Positions 1-12,472 of a stretch of DNA of 51,276 nt are shown piece by piece (the first letter of the stretch is position 1; every line of letters starts with the position of its first letter). The stretch comes from Vermamoeba vermiformis. Lineage: Eukaryota. Position numbers and translations under genes: made by a program. The DNA is taken from assembly GCA_045837725.1 (NCBI GenBank), contig JBEWZL010000219.1, positions 248,001 to 299,276 on the forward strand, written 5' to 3'. Under the pieces are notes generated by a model. That model saw nothing but the letters and a program-made list of their open reading frames with translations, made no database searches and was not told the DNA's origin.

Positions 1-3000
1 CACTTCTTCGGAGTTATTGATGCTCTCTTCGGCGCTAGATGCTTGATTGTTATTAATATGAGAAGGAGAACCATCAGCGCTCTCCATCTCTTCTTCCTCG
101 TCCAACACGAAATTCTTCGAGTCCGGTTTGGAATCCGTGGAGGATGACATCAATTTGGATTGGCGCTTGTTCCTTATCTATAATAATCGTATTAATTACT
201 ATGGCCTCCGCACAAAAACTGAAAAAACTAAAAGGGTATCGTGGATTTGCGATCACAATGCATCCCGAAGTAAGACTTACTTCTGTTAGCGTAAACAGCA
301 ACGAGAGGCAATGTTTCATCGAGAGCTAATAAGAGTGGAATAGCAGGAGACTCCCAACCGGTCATAGCAACAGAGTACAAGTGGTTCTTGACCTCCACAT
401 CCAGCTGGTTCTGCAGCTCTTCGTCGGTCTTAATCACGCGGAAATCTATCATATATACATTAGTACTCGCAGTCTCTAATAAATATACTCCTTACCAATC
501 TTATTCTTGCGGAACAATCGTTGCAAAATTGACGAAGTTCGGCTGTCCTCGCCTTGTTCAATTTTGATCACGGTCAATCTGGCCTCGCGAGCCTCGACTA
601 TTTTTAGCGCGTAATCCAATGCCAAGTCATCGTGCGTGCCTGATTTGTACACGAAGAGAATGGACTCGATCTTCAATGCACCGGTCAACGAGCGTTGCAA
701 AACAACCGCCACATTGCTCGAGCACTTCGAGATGATCTTGTTCATAGTCTAAAATAATAATGTTATTATAGTTATATTCAATATTAATTTATAATATTCA
801 TACCGTGCCGCGCAGAGTTGTTTTCTTTGTGCCCATCACGATCAGATCCACTCCTCGCTGAACAGCTTCAGTCGCAATATCTTCGCCATAGTTAGAGCTC
901 ATGCGTGATATGATCTATGAATATAACATTGTTAATGCCATTACTCAAAAAGAAAAAAGATCTCGTACCTCAGACACATCCAGTCTCAACATTTTAGCGC
1001 GTTGAGCAGCGGCAATAATAACATCGTCGTTCTTCTTAGCCTATAAAAGCGTTAGGAAGTGTCACTGGAGAGCACGTGGAGCTATGTACCTTGTCAGGGT
1101 TAGATGCCACGACGAGATCTGACGGTCTGTTACTGGCTTCGAACAAACGCGTGATGAACACTTTAGGCGCTGTTTTTTGCTTGTAATTCACGAGTGACCT
1201 AGCAAGAGTACGTTAGATGTTATCACTCTAATGCCTTTTATGTATTACTTACTGTGCCAAGCTGACCATCAGTGGCGCAGTCAGACTGTAGTTCGTGCAA
1301 ACCATAATGTTGATGGCTTCCTCACTGTAGACAATGGATACGTTATATTGACTTGTATTAATATCGAGCAGTCGCTACGTACTTTGGATTCATGAACTGA
1401 GGTGCATTGGACTGGTAAGGATTGCCACCAATGCGGAACACAAGAGCAACGAGCGGCGAGACTAACATGGTGTTGACAAGCACTGTCACGACGAGAATGG
1501 CAAAGAGACGCTCAGTGATGATGTTGTGCGTGATGCCCAAGTTCAATATGATCAAGGCCACGAGACCCTTTGCGCTCATCAAGACGCCAAAGACGGCTGA
1601 CTCAGTCCACGAGAACTTGCCGAGGAATCTAGCGGGCAGACCTTCGCCAACAGCTTTGCTGATAATCGCCGCAAATGTGCACAAAATGACGTAGCCCCAC
1701 ACGGTGCCTGAGTTCAAGAGGCCGAGATGAGTGTTCAGGCCAATGATAGTGAAGAACAACGGCAAGAACACTACGGTCACCAAGTCTTCAATACGCTCGA
1801 CCAATTGGTGCTGTAACAGTGTTAGTACGACGAGCAAATAAGTTGGGGTTAGCACTTACAGGCAAGTTGACAAATCGAGGCACGCAAATGCCAACCAAGA
1901 ACGCGCCAACAATAGCACTCAGACCAATAATTTCAGCGATCCTAAGTAGGTGTTAGTACTGATAATGATGCTAAATAGAGGACAGCACAACGTACCAGGC
2001 CATAGTGAACATGATGGTCATCACGAAGAAAATTGTGGTTTGCGAGTAGACCTCTTGGTGACGTGTTTTACGACCAACAAAGTGCAACAGAAAGCGCACA
2101 GGGAATGCAAGTATCAATGCAAATGCTGCGGGTTTGATTAGTACTGATATTTTCGAATTATTTTGACACGTGTCAAAGTGTCAGTTTTACACGTACCGAT
2201 CAAAGCCAAGAAAATCCAAATAAGACTCAAGAAGCTAGTGGCACCAGAAATGGCCATTGTGAGGGCTAATAAAGGCCAGCCAATCTAAACAAGCGTTAAC
2301 AGGGCGTTAAAAGGTGTCATGAAACTGGCTTACCAGGTCGTCTACAGTCGTGACACCCATGGTGAAAATTCCGAGTCTGACACTCATCAAGCGATATTCT
2401 GAAAGAATTCTTGCTAAGACAGGCAAAGCACTCGTGCCAAAAATGACGCCCAAGAACAAGAAAAATACTCCGCGGTTAGTGTCAGTTTGGACCAGATCAG
2501 GGTCGTAGAGAATGAATGAAAGGCCCAATGCAAACACCAATGGCACGGCAACGCCAATTATAGCTACACCAACAGACGTTTTGATTTGTTCTAAGAAATT
2601 CAACGTTAATATTTTGCGTGCAAGTACGTGTCACGCGGTACCTTTCATCGACTTAATATCGATTTCTAAGCCTACTACAAACATATATAAGATCAAACCA
2701 AGTTGCGCCACGATACTACGTGAATATTATATTAGTTTGAGTATTGTAATTAGTTGATTTAAGGACATTCGTACTTGAGCTTGGGCAATGATTTCTCTGA
2801 AAAAATGGTCTCTGTGAAGCCAGGAATACGTCCTAATACTGTCGGCCCTAATATAATGCCTGCTAATAGTTCTGCGATGACTGTCGGCTCTTTAATTAAC
2901 CTGGACAAAAGTAAGTTAGCCAAATCTACAAGGGTCACAACGATTGAGCGGAAATTGTGGAATTTCAAGATAAATAATAATGAATATACGTGCTATTACA

Positions 3001-3294
3001 TTGTTTCCATGTTTTGTAATTATTTCAATTGTTTTCGTGTTTTGATGCAAGATCAATTACCTAATCAATGCTCCTAATGCTCGCGATAATATCGTAATAA
3101 TTAAAATTTGCAGCAATAACAGTGCGATGTCTGTATTGAATATGTAGCCTCCCTAATGTCATCCGAAAAATAGAAAAATTAGTTTAAAATTACCATAATA
3201 TTATAATATTGCTTGATCATGTCAATATTTAAATTGTATTAATATAGGTCCGGTAATAATTACTTACATTTAAAAAGCCGTCGACACCACCCAT
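1..3294 (-). CDS. Cation/H+ antiporter, CPA2 (KHA1/CHX-like); multi-exon, 3' end probably runs off the window
   Basis: Exon peptides LLLLQILIITILSRALG, EPTVIAELLAGIILGPTVLGRIPGF, SALPVLARILSE, FLPLFFTIIGLNTHLGLL and LMSAKGLVALIILNLG match CHX/KHA1 motifs. A C-terminal USP-like region follows (GTHDDLALDYA). ATG at 3294. Confidence 0.92.
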
Positions 3295-3808
3295 TTCCGA
3301 TCTTTTTTTGTTGTTTCTTTTACGCTCGTGCGTAAATTAATCAGATATTGTGCTATTTACAATTCTATATAAATAAAATATGATTTTACAACCAATTGTC
3401 GATACGTTTTCTGGTATTGGTTTCAAATCTCGGGTGGATCTAAATTAATTTAACGAAATTTGCTTCGTTATTTTGTTGCGCCTCGTGGGCCTAGTTGCTA
3501 CCTCTCGTACACAATACGTCAATCTGTTCCACCTCTTTGATAACCCACAGGCGGTTTCGTACTTGAAAGCGTAAGTTTTTTTCTCGAGATCACCCCCAGC
3601 TTTCTCATTTGAGACCATTCGTTGGTAACGATGTTTTCTTGGATGTACATACTACAATAATGATAACATTATAAAAGAGTGGCACTTAACGTGCCACGAT
3701 GATTTCGTCATTAATTTGAATTTTCCTCCAATAGGCAGTTTTTGTTCCACTTAGTTATTGTACAATATATATCTATCATACACAATAGTCTATATTTATA
3801 ATTAGAAT

Positions 3809-6020
3809 ATGGAAAAGAAGAGCAGAAACTCTTACAAAGGCGATCAGGAACAGAAAGTGGCTGTGTGGACGTCTTATCAGATACCTGGTAATTAATATCG
3901 CACACTGAGAAGTGCTATATGGTTATAAGTTGCAAATTTATCCATATGCGTCCGTTTAGATTGCCCTTAGAATATTCAAATAATATTTTTTATTCTGCTA
4001 ATTAGAAGGAGGGCCTGAAAATCGATATGGACACACCGCTGTAGCTGTAGGCGATATTGTATATTTTATGGGAGGTAAGAATATGCTGTTTCGCAATTTT
4101 CAATATTTCAGAAAACTTTTCTACCCCTTCAGCGATGAACTTCATTATTAAAAATTATTAAATTATTATTTATCATAGGCAAATCGTTTTCCAGTAATAG
4201 ATTTCAAACTCTGATGGATGTTTGGGCGTTTAACACAACGGATCAAACTTGGAAACACATTACAGTTGGTGAAGGCAAAGAAGGACCGCGACATCGCTGG
4301 GGCCACACAGCGACACTCGTGGATGCGACGAGAATATTTGTGTTTGGCGGATTCAATCACGAGTACAACATGAACGACTGTTGGTTGTTTCATTCTGACA
4401 CGTGTCAATGGGAGGAGTGTAAAGGCGCGGGTAAAGTGCCAGCGTTCAGGTACCTCCACATAATTTCCAAATATGGTAATGTCGCATATTAATACTCATT
4501 GGAACACTAGAGCTTATCACTCATCCATGGCGTACAAAAATCACGTGATCATATTCGGTGGCGCGTGTTGTGTGGGCGGTCCTTATCACCACTACAACGA
4601 CATTTACACGTACAATCTCGATGAGGGTGAATGGAGCAAAGTCGCTGCTTCGGTACGCACTGGCAGCACTCGTGACACATGTCATTTTTGTTTCTAACAA
4701 TAGTACTTGTCACCTAGGGCCAACAACCAAGTGGCCGCAGTCAGCATTCAGTGGCACAAGTGGGCAAGTACATGGTCTTGTTCGGCGGGTACAACAGTCG
4801 CAGTGTCTTCTCCGATGTCTACGTGCTAGATTGCGAGTCATTCAAATGGAAACACATCGAGACGAATGGTGCGCGCATACCTGATTACATTGACAGACTC
4901 GAGCCAGTGCCGTTCAGAGTATTTCCGTCGCGACGTGAGGGCGGCATAGTCGGCACTTGCTTCGTGACTTTGGGTGGTGTCGCTGGTACGTTGTTCTATT
5001 GCCATAAAACACAATAGCAAATTCAACATTTCTTATTAAATCATATTAATGTAGCAATGGAAATATTAATATTTTGTTTAGATAAGGCTACGCCTATTGA
5101 AGTATCAGTGCTCGATCTGCGAACAAAGACTTGGCGAGTGTACACCAACAAGGAGTGAGTTTGAGTAACTATATAACTATGATTATTATAGGCGTTAATG
5201 ATTGCATTTAAAGCGAGGAATCACCGTTGAGTCGCACCAATCACGCGTGTGCAATGGTCGGTTACAAACTCTACATGTTCGGTGGATCGGTCAAATCAAA
5301 CGCAATATATTGCTTAGACCTCGTAGATATATTGCTGCCGAATAATATGCAAGTAAGTAGCTATGATGATGGTATTAAAAACTGATTAGTCTTAAAAACT
5401 TATTTGTAGAAAGAGGAGCTTACAATTCTGCGCCAAATGTCCAAAGACATGCGTTTGATGCTAGAAGACGATGAAGATAAGAACGTGTCGTTTATTATCG
5501 AGAATAAGATTATCAAGGCGCACAAGAGCGTACTCAAAGCCAGATCTGAATTCTTTCGCGCCATGTTTGGATCAGGCATGCGCGAGTCTCAGAACTCCGA
5601 AATTCCGCTCCCCGATGCTACATATGATGCCTTCAAAGCTTTGCTAGAATTTTTGTACACAGGCACGTGCTCCATTAGTGACATCCACCTCGCCGAAGAC
5701 ATTTTCATCTGCGCCAATCAGTTTGCGGCATTTCAGTTGAAGGATTATTGCGAACAAGAGCTCATTAGGGCAGTAACGAATATAAGTAACGTCGATTTGT
5801 TGTTACAGTACTTAGAGATGGCGGATGTGTACCAGGTAAGCAGATTTCAATTTTGGATCTAAAGAACTTGCTTTAAAACCTTCCTTTTTAGGCAAAAAAT
5901 TTACAAGAAGTGTGCGTCAATCTATTAGTCAGCAAATATCAAGAAGTTATCGATAGCGAATCGTTTATGGCTCTGAAGGACAGTTTGAAAGATCTGATAA
6001 ACAATGCCATCGATATCTAA
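3809..6020 (+). CDS. Kelch-repeat + C-terminal BTB/POZ protein (LZTR1-like Cullin3 adaptor architecture)
   Basis: Several kelch motifs (RWGHTATLVDATRIFVFGG, RAYHSS..VIIFGG, MVLFGGY). BTB motif IKAHKSVLKARSEFFRAMF..GMRES..EIPLPD. Stop TAA at 6018-6020. Confidence 0.88.
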
Positions 6021-6146
6021 GCCTATTAATACTGTACATATTGTGAATAGGTGTCACGTCGCCATGTCATAGATTATTAATCCTGTAAATAAACGAAAAT
6101 AACTCGTTAGAAAAAAAGTAACTTTATTTCTAGCAACCACAACAAG

Positions 6147-8468
6147 ATGTCAGACACAGAGCACAACGAGCAGCCAGAAGAAGACTTACCGCAAGAGATT
6201 GACGTTGATGATGATGATAATGAGCCTATAGGTAATAAAGACTTTGAATTACTTTTAAAGTAGATTTTGCTCATCTGTCATCAATAGATTTTAATAATTT
6301 ACCGCCCGCGCTTGCAAATTTATTGCAACAAATACAACTTAATCCAGTGGGCCACCAGTATTTTGGCGACGATATGGCTGAAGACGATGAAGATGAAATG
6401 GAAGATCCACTCAAAAAGAGAGATTATTCGAAGCTCTCTACAGCTATATTTGTTGAGCCTACACTTGCTGTACGATACAAAGTTAGAACACGGCATCAAC
6501 ACCATCAATTACTAAATTTGTGCGAATTGACTGGAGGTAAAGGATCTTCTTCTTTCTTATATATATATTATATTCTTGCCGTTATATTTATGGCGCATGT
6601 CATATTACTAAACTCAAATTTACAGTCCAAATATTTATTAGATTTTTTGGGAATGAGCAAATTGTAATTCCTTTTCTTTCAGACGAATCTGGCTTGTATG
6701 TCTATTCTTACGACAAAGGCTTGGACGAAGCAGCATATAGAGCCTCCTTGGAGTCAGGTACCGAGCTACATCAGGACCAAGATCCAGCAGAGCCAGACGG
6801 AGATTATTGGGGAGCTCCACCACTCAGGAAATTTGACTTCAAGACCCAAAAAGTAAGTTGAAAGTATTATATTATTTATTCTAAGTTCTATGAAATTAAT
6901 ATTGCAACGATTTACCAATTACGCATGCTAATAATATTGAATCATTTCGTATTTTTTTAGTTATTCAATGTGCCAGGCATAACGCTTTCAGGCATTTATT
7001 GCATTGCGTCTAAATATGGATATGTTGCTGTTAACAATAGCGGTGTAGTTCAAGTCATTCATGAAGCAACCGGAAAGTACGTAGATCGCCTCGACATTAT
7101 TATAATTATATTTTGAAATGCGGATTGAAAAAATAACTTTAATTACATCGTAGGCTCGTAGAAGGTGATTTTAAATCCTCAGAAAATTATCATCAGACGA
7201 ACAACGTCTTCTTTGGCACGATGAAAAAATCCAACGGCGAGGATCAAGTCGTTTTGTTGGTCTCAAAGAACGGAGGAGAAATTACGAGTAAGAAAATCAA
7301 TATGATACAGTTATATAAGGCAACGTCTAATATCATAATCAGTGTATGATTTGAATGAAGAAGGTGACAGACACATTTCTAGGCTGCGTCAACACATCGA
7401 AGTGAAGTGGAACATTAATCACTCGGCATTTGGTTTCTTCGAATTTGGCAAATACTTGGTATGTAAATAGAGTAGAGCATAATAGTACTATAATACTGAT
7501 GTCGCTGTTGGTAGATTGGTGCGCCAGATTACGCTGAAGGACCAATTATTTATCAAATGGACGATGCCGAACAATTCACGTTAGTGGACACTTTTCTCAC
7601 TTTCCGTAAGTATAGCTGTACAATAATTACGCTATCATAAGGCTTGTTATTAATCTCACTGCTGTCGTTAGCCAAGCAGACCTCAGCGATGATGTGCACG
7701 TGGCAGGCACAAGGACCGCTCTTTGCCATGGCCACCGAGCGCGGCGAATGTGTTGTGTGGCACTTCCCGTCACGTGAGCGCGTCAAAGTACTGTTGAACT
7801 GCGCGTTGAAAGTGAAAGCAATGGAAGAGGAAGAAGCGCGGCAGCAGCGAGGAGAAACAGCGCCCGAACACAAGACGACGATGACGCCAAGTCTGAAAGT
7901 TCATCGGGCTCAGCGGAGTACTGGTCGATGCCGCTGCATCAGTGCGTCAGAATTGCCAAGTTCAATCCGGTCCCGCTGTTCAATTACAGTAAGGCTGCAC
8001 ACGTTAGATTGACGAGCACTGCAATACTAATCATATCATTGTATAGTTCTTGTGTTTGCCGAGTCAAACTACTTTATTCACATTGTTGACACGAGGACAT
8101 GGGACGAACAAATCATTCAAAGTATGTGACTGGCGCTGGATCCAAAAAATCATTTTTTTCGAATTCTTTCTAATCCCTTATTATTATGCACAGCTCCGCA
8201 AGTTATTAACGGTCTTTGTTTCTCATCTGATGGTCGTAAGCTCTATGTTGGTAAGTACACAAATGAATGTTGTTGGATCAATCAGATCTTGATCTAATTT
8301 CCATCTGTAGCTTATGACAACGAAATTGTTGTATATGAATTGATATTGCGCACATCACTGCTCGAAACGTGCTTGCATTATATCAGAGCGAACATCAACA
8401 AGAAAGAAGAGTTTGGTTGGAACTTGGAGGCCTTGCCTTACGATCTTCAATTCAAAATGAACTATTAA
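6147..8468 (+). CDS. WD40-type beta-propeller protein (DUF2415-like) with acidic N-terminus and a C-terminal SOCS/BC-box-like motif
   Basis: Exons read RHQHHQLLNLC, CTWQAQGPLFAMATERGECVVWH, VFAESNYFIHIVDTR and VINGLCFSSDGRKLYV. The protein ends SLLETCLHYIRANI..LEALPYDLQ. Confidence 0.7.
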
Positions 8469-8629
8469 AATTAATTAATTTCTTCGAAATATTAATGCAA
8501 TTCATTTGCAACGAAATAAATCACTTTTTGTGGTATCTTTAAACGATCTAGAATTTGAATTCAGATCCTTTTGGCCGTAATAATCTAAATACTCTTTTAT
8601 CAGCGTTAATTAGTATATTAATGCTCATC

Positions 8630-9587
8630 TTATTGCTTCTTCTTGTTAGTGAGCAATTTGACCATATCAGGACCTTGTTCTTGTTCGAGCTGCAGTTGAT
8701 GCAATCGTTCAACGCGTGAGATGTGAACAACAGCGTGGAGAATAGCCAAGACGGGCACTAAGATCCAAAGTCCTATTCAGCGGTTATATAAGTTAATTGT
8801 CGACAATTGAAAGGCAGATCTTGAAGGTCAGATCCAGATCCGTCAATGGACCGTACCGTTCGGCACGATGAAATTGCCCCAAAACTTCTCGGGGTCATTG
8901 GCCACGACAATAGGCGCCCAGTTGAGCTTATAAGCACCCAAGAAATACAGCGCAGCACCAGCAGCTTGCATGACTGAAACGATGATCTGCACTGCGTAGC
9001 GCCATGATTTGTTTCTGATGATCTAGCGCGTTATAAAATTAAGGAAACGTAATAATATGTTTTAATAGGCGTAAGTGAATATAGAGTTAAATAGGATACG
9101 GCAATCAGCATCAACAAACATAAAGTCGGGTTGACGAATCCAGCCAAGCCTTGAACGGCAATAATAACAGGATCTTCTTTAATATATCGCTCGTCTGTTT
9201 TGGCAAACTCGCGGACTAAATATAAAGTGGATCAGACGGAAGGTTAATAATCTATAACATGTCTAATATTCTAGCTATTGTTTAAAAATCAAACGACGAT
9301 TAAAAAGAGTTTATTTGTTATTAATATATTAAATGGTGCTATTTTTAATTTATTTGGAATTTTTTGTTTAATTAAAAAGATACTGGATCTGTTAATTTTG
9401 TTTAAAAAAGCCCGGTCTCCCGATTAGCGAACAAGCCATAATTATACGTACACGCAGCAGTATACCATTCATTAACGCTCGGATCAGCTAATTCTTTGTG
9501 ATAGAAGAACGGAGTGAGCCCGTTCAGATGGATCAAGAAGCTTACTGCGTAGAAGACGAACAAGAATAAGTTCCAATAAAACGCCAT
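8630..9587 (-). CDS. EXPERA/EBP (emopamil-binding protein, sterol isomerase-like) membrane protein
   Basis: Hydrophobic exons with REFAKTDERYIKEDPVI (compare EY..D.RY...D), WRYAVQIIVSVMQ..GAALYF, FWGNFIVPN and LWIFVP. The C-terminus is basic (KKKQ*). Confidence 0.75.
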
Positions 9588-9963
9588 TGTAGTGCTGTTA
9601 CGTCAATTACGCCTGTATAGAAGAATAGAACAAAAAAAACTTAAAAAAATCACGTGGAGGTCCGGCGAACTAGCGAGAAACCCTGCGTGAGCCAAAGTCC
9701 AACTTTCCTAATATGGTAAAAACAGCAGAATTTGAGCGCCTCTTTGACAGTGAAGGAGAGGAAGAACAACCGGGCAATTAGACGCGCAAGGCCCAAGGCA
9801 ACAAACGACCGGCCAAACAACGCACGAAAGAAGGAGCCGCAGTTCCCTACACACAAGCCAATGACATTTTTGACACTTTTTGACACGCTACTCAAAGTCC
9901 GTTGAACTGATCACGTGTTCATGAATAGAGCCTAGTACAGTCGACTTGGTTTATCGAGTCAAT

Positions 9964-12338
9964 TTACAACACAACGAGCGACATCAATGCGCTGAACACA
10001 ACAACAAAGTACGAGGCAAGTGTGGTGCCAGAGGATTGACTGCAGAACGTTACATTAGTACATTATTTTATACTACTATAGCATCGTACGTACCAATAAC
10101 TCATGTCTGATGTACCAAACACGCGTGCAATGCCACCGGGTGGATCTGGAATCGAAGGGTTGGGCACATCCAGCAGTGATCGACCACAGACGCTGTTAGT
10201 CATTAGTATTAAGTAGCTAATACATTCTATATTAACTCACGTCGTGTTAGAAGCAGTGTTGGTGCGCATGTAGCTACACAACGGATACTAAAACAGATCT
10301 GTTAGAAGACTTTCCTTTTTTGGCCAATAACATTATTCAAAGATTCACTTACATTAGGCATGGCAGGATAATACGTCAAGAACTCCAAACACATCTCGTC
10401 CGTGCTGGCAATAGAGATGCGTGTGGGCTGAGTGCGCTTCGTGCTGTCCCACACACAGTGCGTGTTGATTCTATCGCCGCGCTTCAATGTGATGTCAACA
10501 GGCACGCCGTGTTGATTGGCAAAAGCGAAGTACTCGACACGTGACAAGGGAATCGGCTCTTCGCCCTGACGATGGATCCAACTCCAGCCTGAGCGCCCAA
10601 TCTCGTGCATGTGGAAAAAGTCAGCAAACACTTTGATGTCGTGGTCAAACTGTTGCGTGCATTCGCTCGGACACGTCGTTTCAGCGTGATGATCTGACAC
10701 GCCGGGTGGAATGCTCGGCAAGCGCGTACCACCGTCTCCAATGGTCTATAACTCCGTTAGGAATAGTACTATATTATATAATACTATATGGTCCTTACGA
10801 GGGTGCTGGCGTCGTATTTTCGCAAGTCAGTTGTAATCAACAATTCAATACCACTTGCGTCTGGCACTCCGCTAACCTGCAGATCCGCGTGTCAAAAAAA
10901 TTGAAAAATTTAGTCCTATTGATTTACCTTTTCCGGATTATTATAGTGCATATCAAGCACAAAATAATACGAAGATTTGTTGCTCGATTTGACTCTGAAT
11001 CCTGCTTCGTGCGGCAAAGTCAACGGTCTGCCGCCACGTGCCCAAGTATACAACACAGTGCAGCCTGGATAACCTAACGGCTGTGGATGATTTCTGCCCA
11101 CACATATGTCAGGCGAGGAGTATATTGAAGGAATTGATCGCAATCCATCGACTGGCTCGAAGTCTTGGCACAGATGCAGCAGCATGTGATGAACAAAGTC
11201 TTTAAATTCAATTAGAACTTCGTAGTAACATGATCAATATGCTTACGAGTAGATCTTGGGTCACCAATGAAGTTCATTCGAATTACATGAGCATCAGCGT
11301 CCTAGCAGAAAATTAGAAAATTCGAAAAATGAGTTGGATCGAGCTTTTAAGGTTACCTGCGGCGTTACAAAAGGCATAGCATAGCACATATATGTTGTCT
11401 CTGATGCTGGGATGGTAATGTTTGGCATTAACGCAGAAAGAGTTTGAGAATTTGGAAGCGGCGTGATCCGTTCAATGGGACAGCCCCAAAAGCATAGAGT
11501 AGTTGCTACTCTATTAGTGCCATGATATCCTAATGTCTTAGCATTATTATCACCCCACGCGATGATAATTGCGTTGTCTCCTGCAACAAGAGTGCGATCT
11601 GAAATATCAACGTCAGATCAAAATTCGTAAATATTCCGCAAATTTAATTATTACCTTGATTATCTCGTGCTATGAAATGTCTACTAAGCTCAACATATGT
11701 CTTTCCATCCTTCTCTTCCGCACTGACCAAGATCCAGTCTGCGCAAAAATGAAAAACGCGTTAAGCACTTTCAAATTTGAAAATTTTGCTTATAAATAAT
11801 GTACAACGATATAGTTATGTACCTGAATATGGACAATCGTCCATTAGAGGCGTTGCAAAGGCTGTTGTGTACCGATCTTGGATGTAGTACTCCCCAGTTG
11901 TCGTATTTTTTTGAATAATAGCAACGTCTGCACCAGGCATACTATATAACGAATATATTCAGCAAAAAGTCTCGTTTTAAAGCAGATCTGTCTTAGCTAA
12001 ATCGCTTCGTGAATATACCTTCCAGAACTAAATTCGCCTACATCAAAATTACATTAATATAACAATATAAATTAATAGTGTCGATAATACACACCTATTC
12101 CAAAGCCGATCCAACCCAGAGTTGAAACTGAAAAATCGAAAATTAAATTTTAACTTCGATTTCGATTATTTCGCTAGTTACCTTCTAAACCAATATAAAT
12201 CTGTTGAGTACTTTGTACAGCTTTCCAATACACCTTGTATTGTTCTGCTAATTGATTTGAGTTCGTGTATTGTGAGGGATCAAATCCAAAAATAACCGGC
12301 AAAACCGCCATGAGCAAACATATAGATATTTTATACAT
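9964..12338 (-). CDS. DOMON + copper type II ascorbate-dependent monooxygenase (DBH/MOXD1-like), with signal peptide and hydrophobic C-terminal tail (probable GPI anchor)
   Basis: Signal MYKISICLLMAVLPVIFG. DOMON motifs WVGSAL and GMPGADVAI. Copper-site motifs FVHHMLLHLC, LDMHYNNP, HMHEIG and STDEMC. Confidence 0.9.
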
Positions 12339-12472
12339 ATGCGTATGATATATAATACATTAACTTGTGTTGTTCTAGAAGAAAAGGAAATTGATGAATC
12401 ACAAAAGTACAAAATCTTGCGTTTTCGCAGCGTTTTTAAATTCCGCAGTTTACCGCTCCATTCTGAGGTCTC

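Noticed and set aside
2162-2177. Palindrome TTTGACACGTGTCAAA in an antiporter intron
   Set aside because: Isolated, and CACGTG-centred words are common in this window's introns; no functional support.
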